Positions 24,602 to 37,991 of a DNA stretch of 64,000 nt are shown here, one piece after another (within the stretch, counting starts at the first letter, position 1; the number at the start of each line of letters is the position of its first letter). The DNA lies in assembly GCA_977018835.1 (NCBI GenBank), contig OZ361260.1, forward strand, positions 3,844,001 through 3,908,000, in the 5' to 3' direction. The DNA is from Minutocellus sp. GHC0000111. Its lineage: Eukaryota. Made by a program: the position numbers and the translations under genes. The notes beneath the pieces were generated by a model that was not told the DNA's origin, searched no databases, and saw only the letters and a list, made by a program, of their open reading frames with translations.

Positions 24602-24738
24602 GTTTATTGGTGGTTGCAATTTTGCATGTCAATATGATGTGTTTGGACCTTAATTTGCATACTCCCTTACGTCTACATAAAAATTAAACTCCATGGCATA
24701 TAGAAATGTGTAAAAATGTTTTTTACAGCACATGACTT

Positions 24739-25443
24739 TTAAAGAGGCGAAACATTCAATCTCCCCACGTCAATTTCGTCATAAATATCAACCTTTGCCG
24801 CTCCGAAAGGATCCGCTTTGATCGTTTCAACTTCTCGTACATTCAGAGGAGCACCGCCAAGTTCGACATTTCCCGTATCTCGATCACGCTTGTGAGTAAG
24901 CTGAGCATACAACTTAAGCGGTTTAATTGCGTCTCCATCACTTCCAGGCAATGGAATCTCCTTCGTTTCCATCTGTAGCAGCAAAAATGGATAAAGGGGC
25001 TCCTTGAATAGCCCCCAAACCCATAGGCCATCCTTCCTTTCGCTGGGATCCTCAGAAAGTTGCCACCGACTTGAAACTAGTTCAATCTTGCTATTGATAC
25101 TTCCATCGCCGTTCTCTGAATCATCACTTTGAGCGCTAAGGCCAATTTGCCTCAATGATCCCTGGGGGGGTTCATAACCCTCCTCTTCGATGAATTGCAT
25201 TTCCAAAACGAAGAGTTGATCAGCTCGTTTGCCCTGCTTTGTAGGCAATCCATAGCAGTTGAGACTAAATCTCCACGTAGTCTCCTCCGTGAGCGTTGCC
25301 TTGCTCTCGGTTGCTGCTGTTGCTGACAATTGCAACTTTGTATTACGCTGGAAACCCAGAGGCGACACAAAGGCGTCCGTAGGGGCGACAAAGATGCAGC
25401 CAACAAAGACGACAATAAAAATGATAGACATCATTCTCGTCAT
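24739..25443 (-). CDS. Conserved hypothetical protein, probably plastid-targeted
   Basis: Hydrophobic signal peptide ending TDA|FVSP, then a globular domain with WQLSEDP..RKDGLWVWGLFKEPLYPF. Confidence 0.7.
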   Translation of the reverse strand: MTRMMSIIFIVVFVGCIFVAPTDAFVSPLGFQRNTKLQLSATAATESKATLTEETTWRFSLNCYGLPTKQGKRADQLFVLEMQFIEEEGYEPPQGSLRQIGLSAQSDDSENGDGSINSKIELVSSRWQLSEDPSERKDGLWVWGLFKEPLYPFLLLQMETKEIPLPGSDGDAIKPLKLYAQLTHKRDRDTGNVELGGAPLNVREVETIKADPFGAAKVDIYDEIDVGRLNVSPL

Positions 25444-26860
25444 TGTTGCTGCAATGGCATGCCTCGTATCGTTCTCGACGAACAGTGACGTGCGCCGTGC
25501 GTGCACACCTGATAAATCCTCCTCTAATTTAGGAGTTGAGGCTAAATACGGGGAAAGAAATTAGTTCGGGAGTGTTATTAGCGACGACAGACGTCCGCGC
25601 GCTCCAAATCAAGGACCTCCTGAGAACTATTGGCTCCATTGAGTGCCGCACTTCCAACTATCTCGGCGAATGTCTACTTCTCTGGATCCAAAGCAACAGA
25701 AGTTGTCCTCTCGCATCACCAAATTCAAGGAAGGAAAATCTCGGCCAGGAGGATACCAAAGGCAAAGATCAGCAAACAATGTTTCGACAGCTACTGGCGT
25801 AGTTCGACCGGCTGGGAATGGATATTTCCACGTTGGGAAAGATGCCATCTTGCCGGAGCACTGGAGGGAGGCTTATGAGCTGTGCGAACATGGAAGGGTG
25901 CCAGACAAATGGCGTACGATATTTGCAAATGATGTCAATTTGGATGAAGCAGAAAAGATCAAGGCTGAGCATGCCTCACACAAATAAGAATAAAGAGAAC
26001 ATATGCAATGCATTCCTTTTTCATTTCATAGATAAATTATAACATTGCAGGTCGATTCAAATAATTCGATCCCGAATGTAATGTGTAGTACATGTACAGA
26101 CAAAAAAATCATCTGCTCATGATCTCACCTTCTGCGCCTTTCCTCCTTCAGTATAATATTGGATTTAATCCAATATTGAATGAATCGATGAATGTGCCTG
26201 TTGGTACAAAGAATAACAGCTGCACTTGCTCAGCAGATTGCACAGTATGCCGTCCTTCTCGTGCCAAGACGCCGGGTCGTTCGTTCGACGAACAGAGCCC
26301 AAAAGTTGATACCAAATAGTGGCCAAAAGTTACCAACAAAGACTATTCCCCCAATTCCTCTGACCGCACCGATCCTTAATACAACAAAGGGAACGTACGC
26401 GGGCTTCTTTTGTATCGGCAACAAGACCCTGATAATGAAAATATCTCGCCCCGACTCGAACGGAGCGTGTCATCAGAGAAGATTTTTGACGTGCCCCAAA
26501 GATGTAATTTTTCAAGAAGCCACCGGACTGCTGAGCGCTTCCAGATCATTCATTTCGTCTATTGATATAATTGGCATGGGAGATAAATACAGATAAGTTC
26601 ATTGGCGCTGCTGTACCTCCGTCAACGTTGCCGCTTTCAACCCCCATGGTGGCCGCAAAAAATGGTGTCAAGATGGAGGGAAAGATGAGGGGTCTCTTTG
26701 GGGGTGATAAAAATGGGTGATGAAAAAGTCGCCACGCGAGCGAAAACACGGCCCTCAAACGTGGTGTACCTAGGCTAGGTACGAGCCTCGTAGCTAGCTA
26801 GCTAGACGTCAATTGAACCACAACGCTTGCTCGGCAACAAGACACCAGTGCTAGTAGAGT

Positions 26861-27256
26861 ATGAACAAGAGGTTGACGATTGCAGCTGCTACAGCTGTGG
26901 CACAACTGCACACAGCTGACTCTCTCTCCTGGTCGAGCAGCAGCAGCAGCAGCAGCAGACGAATAATGGCAAGAAGACAACAATCGACTCATGCTGTTCT
27001 CGTGACAAGAATATCAGCTCTCCACGCAATGGAGGATTCCGAGGAGACCAATGCCGAAGACGGCCTCTTCGACGAGTCAATTACACAAAACTCTTCGATT
27101 GAGATTGCTAAGCTGAAGAAGGAAATGAAGGTCGCCACAGAAGAAGGCGACATGGACCGCGTAATGACGATAATGGGCACCTTGCTTGCTCTTGAGGGTG
27201 CGTACGAAGGTGAATCAGGAGGTACCGACCATAGTGAAGGGTTTTGCGCCGACTGA
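26861..27256 (+). CDS. Small hypothetical protein with signal-peptide-like N-terminus
   Basis: 131-aa ATG ORF with a hydrophobic start, a Ser/Arg transit-like segment and an acidic helical C-terminus. Confidence 0.55.
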   Translation: MNKRLTIAAATAVAQLHTADSLSWSSSSSSSSRRIMARRQQSTHAVLVTRISALHAMEDSEETNAEDGLFDESITQNSSIEIAKLKKEMKVATEEGDMDRVMTIMGTLLALEGAYEGESGGTDHSEGFCAD

Positions 27257-27502
27257 AGATACAAATACGGGTGGCACAGGTGAGGGCTGGGTCACTAACT
27301 GATTTAATGCTTGCTAGAAATCAGTATCAATAGATGCCTTGCTCTGCTCTAGCTACCCAGGTACGTACGAGCTACATGTACATGTAGTAGACAAAAAGGC
27401 ACAAAGCTCATGTTGAAGTGAGTAGTATAATGTCATTTTAGATCTGTACACCAACGACGGGTTGTAATGAACTTGAACATATAGCCAAATGCGAAGGAAG
27501 AA

Positions 27503-28816
27503 CTATGGTCGGTAGCATCGTGTGCAGCATTCACATTCTACAAGGGGTTCGGCACCTGAGCAATCCGTAGTGAGACTCGTAATCATGCCCAAGGGAGATA
27601 CGTTATCGCAAATCTCGCCTGGCATTGAGCCTGTAATCATATTTTCCTGCAACTCGATAGTGTCGACCGACATGAGCTCTGCTAGTTCGGAGGGGATACT
27701 TCCTCCGAGATTGTTGTCATCTACACATTACAAATGACCATAAGATTGAGAGACAAGAAATCATACGATGAGAAAACAGACCGATACGACGTAGGCATAC
27801 TAGCCAGCACACATCCTTGCACAAAATATTCAACAGGAAAGATAGGACCATTGCAACAACTTACAAAGCTCAATTCTCTCAAGCTGTCCACTTCTATTGC
27901 AGGTTAGTCCCGCCCATTCGCATTCACTATCCTCGCTCAGGAACGCCTCCTTTCCACCATATTTGCTAATGCCTTTTCCACAGTCGCGGTCGCCCTCGAA
28001 ACATTCTGTCCAACCATCTCCTTCGGTGGAGTAGTACAGCACAGCCGCGATGTATCTTTGGGTGAGATTGTCGTCGTCGGGACAAAGTTGAGCTCTATCA
28101 TCCTCCGTGATGAACTCATATGCCATACCCTGAGGGGTGGTAAAATCTCTAAGATCGTCCTTGGACGATACCGAGGAGAGGCGGTTCAGGATTTCCTTAT
28201 TACGCTTTTCGGGTCTGAGATTGCAATTTCGCGTAGGGGCCATTGTGGGCGAATCAGTATCAGAGGAGGTCGGGGCTTTGGTTGGCGGGGGTGGGACAGG
28301 AGTCGGTCCTGGACCAGCCGTGGGAGGCTTAGGAGTGGGAACAGGTCCTGGATTCATCGTCGGTGGCTTCACCATTGTAGGGGGCCCCGGAGTTGGCCCC
28401 GGGCCAGGCGTCGGTTGCGGACCTCCCGTCGGCGGCTTTGGAGTTGGCGATGGGCCGTCGTCACGTCCTCCATCCTTGGATTTGCTGCTCGATCTCGACT
28501 TGCTCGTCATGCTGCTGCTCATACTTCCCAGATTGCGGAAGAAATATTCTGTCTCGGCAATGTCTTCAAAGTCACCGAATGCCTCATGGATGAGCGGCGA
28601 TTCGTCAAAGTACGACGTGGAATCGACGCCATTATTGGATTTGTAGTTGAACAACCGAAAACGGCGGAGACCACCACCGACGGCTCGTTGCTGAGCCGAA
28701 GTCATTGCAATGCTCGCCAGACCGCCAAGAAGGATGAGACTAGCTGCTGCCATTCGGGGAGATGCGGAACTCATGTTCTTCGTACGTTGTTCTTTTTTGG
28801 AATGAAGCGAAGTCAA
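27503..28816 (-). CDS. Secreted Pro/Thr-rich, LRR-capped cell-surface protein, 2 exons (28816-27865, 27720-27503)
   Basis: Signal peptide, PTP repeats, PQ..AYEFI..DD...QRY..AVLYYSTEG..W and SECEWAGLTC. Exon 2 reads NNLGGSIPSEL...DC...CECCTRCY. The start may be a downstream ATG (28774 or 28753). Confidence 0.85.
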
Positions 28817-29469
28817 TGAATTGGGATATCAGCACCAAGAAAGTCGAGCACTTGGTAGAAAGAATCAACCGAATCGAATCGTTTGCTGTGCTGTCTGCGC
28901 CAACGAATGAATCGAATCAATGCAATTGGCCGAACGCTACTTTGTCAACCGATGTATACCTTTGCCGTCCTTTCGGAGAGCGAAATGGCAAAGGTTAGGT
29001 GGAGGAGTAGCAGATCAAGGGGTCAAAGTGTGGGCGGGACGATAGCGCGCTGGCTACTTTTGCCTGTCAAACAACAAAGACAGGCAGAGATTGTACCTCG
29101 CCTGTCGTATCTTCCGATCATTTTTGGCGGCTCCGATTGAATTTGGTCGAATGGCATCATCAATTTAGCTCCAACAACGGTCGAACGAGTCAAGTCGACC
29201 TCCCTTGGGGAGATTGGTAGGCCTGTAAATTGGAATCGGTTTGTCGGCAGACTGACGACTGAGCCTCCTCGCGACTCCTCCGGATTGGCGGATTGCGATG
29301 ATACAACGAACGGTACATTAGTCTAGCTAGCTAGATCTAGCTAGCTCTAGTTTGAGAGATTTACTGCAAAAAATAATTATGAATTATGAATACTAGTAAT
29401 TGGAACTACCGTAGCTACCCACCGGTAGAGCCTTCTCTAGCTAGCTAGTACCGGTAGCAGACATTTATT

Positions 29470-31717
29470 TCACCTTCCTTTTCCAAAGCCCATTGCTTTC
29501 ATGGCCATTTCCATTTTTGATGGCGGCTTTGTCACCACCCGGTGAGATCTCGGACTCGATCTTGGGCTGGATCTTGGTTCTTCGGGAAAGGAAAATGTAG
29601 CTGTAGCTCCTCTCTCGCCGACTCCATGCACCGTGGCATCTAGTGCATCGTCTTCAGGGCATTGATAGAAAGAATTGACGGCATCTCCACTCAGACGTCT
29701 TGAGACATTGCTGGAGTAATTCAGTGTTGACACTTGGTCACTACATTCAGGTACCGGTAGTCTATCACTTGCTGCGCATTCTGAATAAATCGGTCGATTG
29801 CGCAAAGGAGATTCTTCATCACTGCTTTCGTTCGATAAACGACGAAGACGTTGTTCCATACTTGAGATCATATCCGTTGTTGAACGTCGGGTCATACATG
29901 TACCGTTGGGCTTAGTGGATGGCAACAAAGTGCTGGTGGGCAGGCTTTCACCGATATGTCCAGCAGGCATGGAATTGCGTCTACCAGCAGTTCGCCTCCC
30001 GGCGGTTGCCGATACTAGGCGGCGAGCAACGACCTCATTCTGAATAGCATCATTCAGATCCGTTGCGTTTGTAGTAGTGTAAGGTTTGGACGGGCGTCGG
30101 CGTCGGCCACCACTGTCGTAGGGTGTGCGATAGTCCTGCTCCTTCTCGTACGTAATGATTGTTGGCTTCTTGAACTTTACGGAGAAATTGGATGTAGATC
30201 TGCTAGAAGCAGTGCTGTCTTGACTCAGGAAGGTGGTCGAACTGTCATGGAAAGAATCACTCGCGCTACTTATATCCAGACCACTACCACAACTGCTGGA
30301 TGCGCCAGTGGAATATCGCCGTTGATGTTTCTGCTTGAGGATGCCTCCCGTACTTTGGGAGCTGACCATTGAAGGGAGATCTTTTGTGCCACGCCCTGAC
30401 CTGGCTAGCTGAGAACGCCGTTTCCCTGATTCCTCTTTGGCCAAACGAATGGCGCCGGTACTTCCTCTTCTCGAGGTCTTGGCGGGCTTGGGCGAGGGCC
30501 TTCCTGGCATCGAAGAAGAACGTTCGTCGGCCATTTGCTTGTATCTGACAGCTTCCCTTTTGCGCTCAGCTGTGACATTGTGGAGTCGCTCAATCTCCTG
30601 CTGCTTTATCAGATATTGCGACACGAGATTTGTATCGCTAAGACATCTGCTTGACCCACCCATCTTTCTGCTCGCACTGGCGGCTTGAACGGTGTCGACG
30701 AACGCGTCGATGTCCTTGGTCAACCTGACCGCTGCCTCATTATTTTTGGAGTGCATTGCTAGCGTAGACTGTAGCGTAGACTGGGCCCTTGCGGCAGAAG
30801 TTGTGCCAGATCCCATGTACTCCATGAGGTCCAACTCATCAATATCCGATGAAATCGGTGCCTGGCATGTCTCAAAGAACTCATCTGCTGTACTCGCAGC
30901 ACTTGATTTTGATGCCACCTTACGTCTGGCCTTGACGATGTCACTGAGATTGCTCGCGCAAGTCGTTGCATCGCCACTGCTGTTGCTGCTCTTTGACGAA
31001 GTCTTGGAATGCTCCGATTCATCAGTAGGCGACGAGGGTGTGTCCTCTATACTATCATTCGATCCGACCCATCTGCCCACACTTGAAGACAGCGATGTCG
31101 TTGAAAAAGATTCTGCAGATCCGTCCCAGGAATCTGGTGATGTGCCCTCGGTGCTCATCGACCTGTTGCTATCCTCACCGTGAATATTCTTTCCCTCTTG
31201 ATCGAGGAATACATCTGAAAGTTCGAGAGAGTTCTCCCTGGGAACATAGCGCTTGATAGCCGTCACCTTCTTTCTTGGGGTGGCTTGTGACCCTCTTTTG
31301 GCGGGTTTGTTTTTCCTGCGGGTACTAGTAGACTCCGAATGGTCCAAGGAAGGTAGAGACCTTGCCAGCTGAGTAAGGCCACTAGAAGGGCGATAGCTCT
31401 TCTTGGACTGCCTCGTCTTGTAACCCAACACACCAATGGCACCCCTCGACGGGGACGAGGGTGATATGGAAGGAGACATTGAAGGCGATCGAGAGTTTGA
31501 TCGGGACGATGGCGGCGTGCGGTAAGCTGCGGAGAAGTAAGTGGGATGAAAAGTAGTGATGAGAAATGAAGAACGCAATACATCGTGGGTGAAAAGCCCG
31601 GCAAGCAATTGTATTGCAACCGCCGAGTAGTACCGCTTAGGGGATGAACTCACATCGAGATAAGCCACCATCTAAATCCTTCGGACGGCCCCGATCTCCT
31701 TGTTTCATCGAAACCAT
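29470..31717 (-). CDS. Ser/Arg-rich, probably disordered hypothetical protein, 2 exons (31717-31654, 31526-29470)
   Basis: Long ORF of more than 680 codons. Intron 31527-31653 (GTGAGT...GCAG) gives MVSMKQGDRGRPKDLDGGLSRS-YRTPP in frame. Confidence 0.7.
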
Positions 31718-32317
31718 CTCTGTGGTATGAAAAGGTACGCAGAAAGAAGAAGGCACAAAGTAGCCGATGCTCGGGCCGTGCTCGTGCTTGAAGAAGGTAG
31801 CCGAGAGATGAAGAACAGAGGTGGTTGGACCGGGATAATCGACACTCAACGAATGTGGCAATCACAGGGAAACATGTGAATGGCAAGTACAACGCTGACG
31901 ACACAGATGGTCTCCCACAACTTTCTCATATCGCCCTGGTCGTTTCGGTCCGAGCCGTTTAGTTGAAGATCACAAAGCGCTTTTTCCTCCCTATTTTGTC
32001 CAAAACATCTTCGAATTCGAAAAGCAGGCCAGGGCGTGCTCCGCCAGTCTTCGCCTTGTGTATCGACCAGGCATCCAGGCACCTTTCTCAATCGAATTCA
32101 AATCACAAGCGCCTCTTCAGCACTTGCAACATCGCGCAGCTTCCACAAGCCACCGATACATCGAACGCCTAAAAGGAGACGGGTTTGTATCTACTACTAT
32201 TGCACTTGACCTCCACACAATATTGCTCGAGCCGCCATAAATTCCAAAGTATCAAGTCGCTTCACAATTGCAATTCTAGCTTATCTTCCAACCCAACCCA
32301 AAGCATATTTCTTCAAT

Positions 32318-33456
32318 ATGAGCTGTTCTACATTTTATCGCACTCTTTGCGTCGTGCTCGCCATTGGCGCCGTTGCAAACCCCGCAAATGCATCGTCTTC
32401 CGGTGGCGGCCTCCGTCGTGTTCGATTTCATCTTGTTCACGTTTCACCACCTCATATCTCCCACCACGAAAGAACAACGACAGACGAACCAAAGGTCATC
32501 AATGAAGCCTTTGGGCATATGGAAGAGATCTCCGAGACCGAGTCTTTCTTCCGTCGCCTCATTGGTGGCAGCGTTAGCATGACGAACAAAAGTTCAAGCA
32601 ACGACGAAGCAACCATTAGTAACGATGATACTGCATCGATTCCCAAGCCAACGACAACCACCGCCACCGCCGCCACCACCACTCTATCGCCCTCAACAAA
32701 TCCTCCAACCAAAGATGGGATGGGACTGCAATCTCCATCCGCCTCTCCCGAATCTTCCCCGCCAATGCCAACCATGACTCCTACTATTGCACCCACACCA
32801 ATTTGCAACCTCAGCGAAGAGGCACGATACGAAGAATTGCTACAAGAGCTTGGTATGGTATCCATGTCCGATCTGGCTAATTCCTCTACTCCGCAAGGAA
32901 AAGCATTCAATTGGATTGTATCAGTCGATGAGCTGCATCTCTGCCCAGGAGACGATAGGCTCATTCAGAGATATGCTGCCGTCGTGCTCTACTTTTCTAC
33001 CAGGGGCGAGGACTGGAATGATAACACGTCATGGTTGAGCGCTAGCTCAGAATGCGAGTGGGCTGGTCTCACTTGCAATTTTATTGGTGAAGTAATCTCG
33101 TTGAAGCTTGGTAAGTGAGGACTTGAAATTGGCTGAGAGATTACATGTGCACTTGAATGAATGGAGAAGTATCAACTTTCATGTCGCATGTGTTTCTAAT
33201 TTATCACATTTTTTGGTAACTTTTAATCACAGACAACAACAATCTCGAAGGAACGCTTCCAATGGAGCTTGGAGCATTGCTCATTGCCGAATCAATTGAG
33301 GTGCACAACAATAATATCCGAGGTCTTGTGCCAACATCCATCTGTGACAACATTTTACCTTTGGGCGAGCTTGGCATCCTCACGGCTGATTGCGGCAGTG
33401 GTGACAACGGCAAACCTGCCATGATGGAATGCAACTGCTGCACAAATTGTTACTAG
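32318..33456 (+). CDS. Secreted LRR-capped cell-surface protein, paralog of 27503-28816, 2 exons (32318-33110, 33233-33456)
   Basis: Same motifs (GGGLRR, EAFG..E.I.ETE.FFR.L, PQGKAFNWI, QRY, SECEWAGLTCN, CNCCTNCY) and the same intron position. Confidence 0.85.
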
Positions 33457-34543
33457 CTACGCAGCTGTTATGGAGGGCCGAGCACCGGTAAGGAAGATAG
33501 AGAAACGCCGAGGAGGAAACCTGGTATTGGTACGAAGTCCATGTATGTGCAGTCTACGGTAACCCAAAACTTATTCATTCCGTCCGGTAGATCTACTACA
33601 ATGTAGTACATGTAGAGAGTCTCTCTAGACGCATGTGCATACACACATTGATCGCCTGATTACATGCATAACAATTTTCTACATAAACCTTTATAGTATC
33701 GACGTGATACATGTACTACAATGTAGGTGAGAGTCCCAGCAGCGAAGTCCAGATCGACACTGTCTCAAATTCAGATTGCCGATCGATTCATGTACATGTG
33801 TAAGTTTTAAATACATTTATGGTAAACGTTTACAATTATCGAATGCGAATTGTCATCTTGAGGGCAAGATCAACAGGGTCAAGGCAATTCACACCAAACA
33901 ATTTCATCTGCCAAACAATTTCATCTGGAGAGTGAGTCTCTCGGCGGCGCGCCTCGACCAACGAGTACCGCACTATGTAGTACATGTAGATCTACCTCGC
34001 TCCTGGCGATGGCCGCAGCGCGCGCGGCCGGCCCCTCGTTGGAAGCATGTCGTCACGATGACGCTGACAAATGGCGTGTCGCGTCGCGATCGCGATCGCG
34101 TGTAGATTTTGCTAAGTTGCGTTTCTTTGTGTAAGAGACGCGGTTATGACTTCCTACGTAGGAATTCCTACGTACTAGCTAGTTGGCTCGAGGCACCCGA
34201 GCCCTCAGCTACAAATGACTTAGCTTGTGTAGCAAGATTAAATTTGTGGGGGGTGGAGTGGAGGGGGGATCTGGTGGACCTTGCCTCGAAAAGTCATAGG
34301 GTCATTAGGGTTGTTACTTAAAGAAATGATGCATGCATCGAAAAATTTTTGCACGACTGCTGCAGTAAGTAGTAGCTTAGGTAGACCTGGTGCAAAAAAG
34401 CAAGCCGGCCGAGGATGGCATCGCCATTTTAGGCAGGCTTTTACTGTGAAATTTTGGCTACCCCCTTTTTTGTTTGATTCGGGACAATCTTCGCACGTAT
34501 GATTTTATCTTCAATTTTTGCCTCGCAAAATGTTCAGCCATGA

Positions 34544-35641
34544 AGATTTTTCTCGGCAATACGGCGGTGGATAATGTCGCGGGAAGGGTTCCGGTACTAT
34601 GCCGAAAGGATCATCCCTCTCCTTACTACACATCAGATGGAGAAACATTTGGCATTTGCGCGGAAATTCCGAAACAATTGGGGGCTCGGCGGTGGCAAGT
34701 TTCTCCTTGTTATGTTCGATGAGAAGTGGTTTTGGGGCTTGGTTCTTCGATCGCATGCCAAGCAAGTTGCAGAATTGGGTATTGATCCTCGGTCCTTCTC
34801 GGCATATCACCGAAATCACATCAACAAGTGCATGGTGGTGGCTGTCACTGCCTTGGCTTTTATTGACAGCATTGAGAATGGCGGCATTGCGTTCAAGCTT
34901 GGACTTTTTCGGGCTCAGGCGCATAAAATTGCGAGGCAGATGGTAAGGGAGGCGGTGCGGCAGGCAGATGGTAGAATCAAATATTGCGGCCCGGTGGTTC
35001 GGAAGAAAGACGATCTATACCTTGTGGATTGCGCGGTGACTGGATGCAGCCATGGCACCCTTGATAATCCCAAGTTCCCACTGAAAGCTTTGTTTGAGAA
35101 CAAGATATTTCCGGATGTTGAGGCTTTGGTCGGACCTGGCGGAAAGTTTGAAGGCTATGTCCCTATTTTTCAGGGCGACAATGCTGGGCCCCATGCCGAG
35201 ACTGAATTTGTGGAATATGTGGAAGGATACTGTCGGGACAAGGGATGGCGTTGGGAACCTCAGGCCCCGCAAATGCCCCATATGAATGTTCTTGATCTGT
35301 CTGTTTTCCCTTGCATGTCAAAGCAGCATACAATGTTGTGCCGCGATCGGGAGGGGCTGAAGGTTTTGACAGAGGATCAGACTTGGGATGCAGCGGAGGA
35401 AGTTTGGATGTGGCTGGAAAACTGGAAGATCGCATCGGCATACATCCAGGCTCATAGAATTGCAAAGAAGGTAATCGTTGCAAAAGGCAACAATGATTTT
35501 CTTGGAAACGGTGAAGGCATTCATGTTGGGGTGCGAAAGGATTTCAGGCCGACTGAAAATGGCATGGTTCGGATAGATGGGAAAATTATCGCTCCTCCTC
35601 CTGCTGATCCAACCATGGAAAATTATTTGCGGTGCTTTTAA
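34544..35641 (+). mobile_element. Tc1/mariner-superfamily transposase, plant-mariner-like, DD38D, apparently lacking the N-terminal DNA-binding region
   Basis: MFDEKWF, FQGDNAGPH and QAPQMPHMNVLDLSVF, with 38 residues between the 2nd and 3rd Asp. In-frame TGA at 34541 upstream. No TIR pair found. Confidence 0.85.
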
Positions 35642-35949
35642 GTTATATTGTGTTTAATAATACTAGATTGGATTGTAGATCTGGATACTAGCTGCTGCAA
35701 TACATGTACTTTGCATTGTACATGTATTCAATGCCGGTAGATCTAAGATTCAGGCGGTTGCGGGCCCAAAAAGTCGCTGTTTTGGTCCCGACCCTTCGCT
35801 CGATTTCTCGCGAAACGGACCTCGTGTTCTAAACAAAGCAATGCATACGAGTTCATGTATGTAGACTGGAACGTACCAGCTTGTCTTTAACAGTTAATAT
35901 GCACATTTGTTACCGGCACGGGTAGATCTACTGGTACGCACCATTACCA

Positions 35950-37426
35950 TTATGCTTCATTCTCCGCAAAAGAGTCTTGGGTATCGGCTGCAACAACCTC
36001 GCATTTTGAACCGTCTGCCTTTGAGGTTTCCATTTCTAGTGATGCGGTCTTCGCCAATGCTTCCAAATCGACATCATCCTTAAATGTGACACCGCTTAAT
36101 CGCCTTAAGCCGCTGTTGTTTCGATGAGGTGGCTCTTCTGTAGATCCAACCTTTGGCTGCATAGTGTTATTGTTGTCACTATCCCCTGATGTAGTCCCCC
36201 TCCTCGAGGCCGAGACATTGCCACCAATACGCAATGCCTTCATAGTTGATTGTCTGAGGGATAAAGTAGAATCTCTCTTTTGAACTGCCACAATCTTGGG
36301 CCGGAAGTAAATGAAAAAGTTCATGAACCCCTGCAGCGGAAATATTGCGGCATAGAAAACGTAATATCCCAGTGGCAATCCCATCTTTTCGTAGTCTCCT
36401 CCCGACGTTATGTTGAGCAAGTATCCTTGCATGGCTGTTGGGATACTAATCACAAGAAATGCCGCCGTGTAAAGGAACCCCTGCTTGGCAACTTGAATCG
36501 TTTTTGCACGGTTGGCTCGCGTGCGGTTGGCTGACGTGTTGAACAGGGATCCCATCCTGATACCGGCACTGTTGTTGCTTCTTTCACTTTCGATGTTCCT
36601 CTGCGTCGTCCCCTCCCGACTTATGCTGCTCCTTGTGCTGTTCATTGCAGGAATGCTCCCTGTGCTGTTCATTGCAGGAATGCTCCCTGTGCTGCTCATT
36701 GCACCAATGCTCCCTGTGCTGCTCGTCCGGCGACTGCTGCTTCCTCGTCGTCGGTAGCGAAAGTTGTCCATTTTCTTTTCTTGTCTGTAAACGAATCTGA
36801 CCAAAGCCCCCATGGACATCAAAATCAACACGCAAGTCAGAAGAAAGAACGCCAAGACAACAAAGTAGGATATCGCTGCAACCGTTGTGCCTGGCTTGTC
36901 AAACATTCCATAGCACCACCAGGTGATGGGAAATTCGGATGGTCGGACGGAGTAGCGCGCGGCGGCGGAATATCCGACCCCCCACAGCCACGGGTTGTTT
37001 GAGGGCCTGCCATTTCCACCCCCTAAAGTCATTTTCTGGTTTCTCTCGGCAAACGGTCAGCCAGTACACCAGCGCCATGATGCCGTTCGTCATGTTGCTG
37101 GAGCAGAAGAACACGCCGTACACAAACGCCTGCGCGTCGCACGTTGCCTGCGTTCCGGCGGCGAGGGGGGAGCCACCGTCCCGGGGAACCATCCACGATC
37201 CCAGAAAGAAGGCAAAGAAGCTGGAGCCGACGTCGCCGAGGGACATGCTCAGGACCAGCAGCGTCGTCGACGGGAGATGATGATGGTGTCTGCTCCGCCT
37301 CTGATTGCTTTTCCATTTCTTGTAAATGTCCCGGATGATGAACAGGGACGATACGATGGAGATCGCCCCGCTGACCTTGCCCGTGATGACCATGGCGAGG
37401 TTCTTTTGGTCTTCGGTGAGCACCAT
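35950..37426 (-). CDS. 7TM GPCR-like receptor, frameshifted near 36992-37006
   Basis: TM1 SGAISIVSSLFII, TM2 MSLGD, GTQATCDAQAF, TM6 QGFLYTAAF and TM7 PLQGFMNFFIYFRP. The two halves lie in different frames. Confidence 0.82.
36628..36724. repeat. 27-bp coding minisatellite, about 3.5 copies (STGSIPAMN), in the GPCR third intracellular loop
   Basis: Unit TGTGCTGTTCATTGCAGGAATGCTCCC starts at 36634, 36661, 36688 and (partial) 36715. Confidence 0.9.
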
Positions 37427-37991
37427 CTTTTACAGAGAACAAGTAATGTGCCAAGATGAATGGGCAAACAAAAGCAGACTACCAAAACATCAGACACAAA
37501 CTTGTGGCCGACATGCCGGCAATCAGTACAGCAGGCGTGATCATGACGCGTTGGTCGGCACCTAGTACGTGGCGTGGCGGTGCAGCAGCTGCAAAATTTT
37601 CTGCGAATGTCTGGGCTGATGTATTTTGAGGGTTATTATGTATCTTGAGGAGGGCTTATGGTCATTGTATTCCCGTTTTGCTGCACCAGCACAAACCGGC
37701 AATCACATGCGTGGTTCAGCTTGCAAGCAAGTGGAATTTCGTCCCTACAGTTGCTTGCATGACATCGACATGGCCTTGCACCCAAGTACGTGTACATGAA
37801 TTGCTTCCGTGGCACTGAACACAGCTAAACCGCTCGAGAAAGATTCATTCGCAGGATGTGAATCATCAGGATGAGCGAGGCCAACACAGGCCGCAGTGCA
37901 AGATACTGCACCATGCATGTCTTCATAATATCACGAACACATCCCTGTTCCTCCAGCATTAGTTAGTTAGCAAAATAGCGCACGCACCATC

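Noticed and set aside
21175..26768. Large composite element bounded by TACACC / GGTGTA
   Set aside because: The terminal similarity is short and gapped, and the interval holds ordinary conserved host genes.
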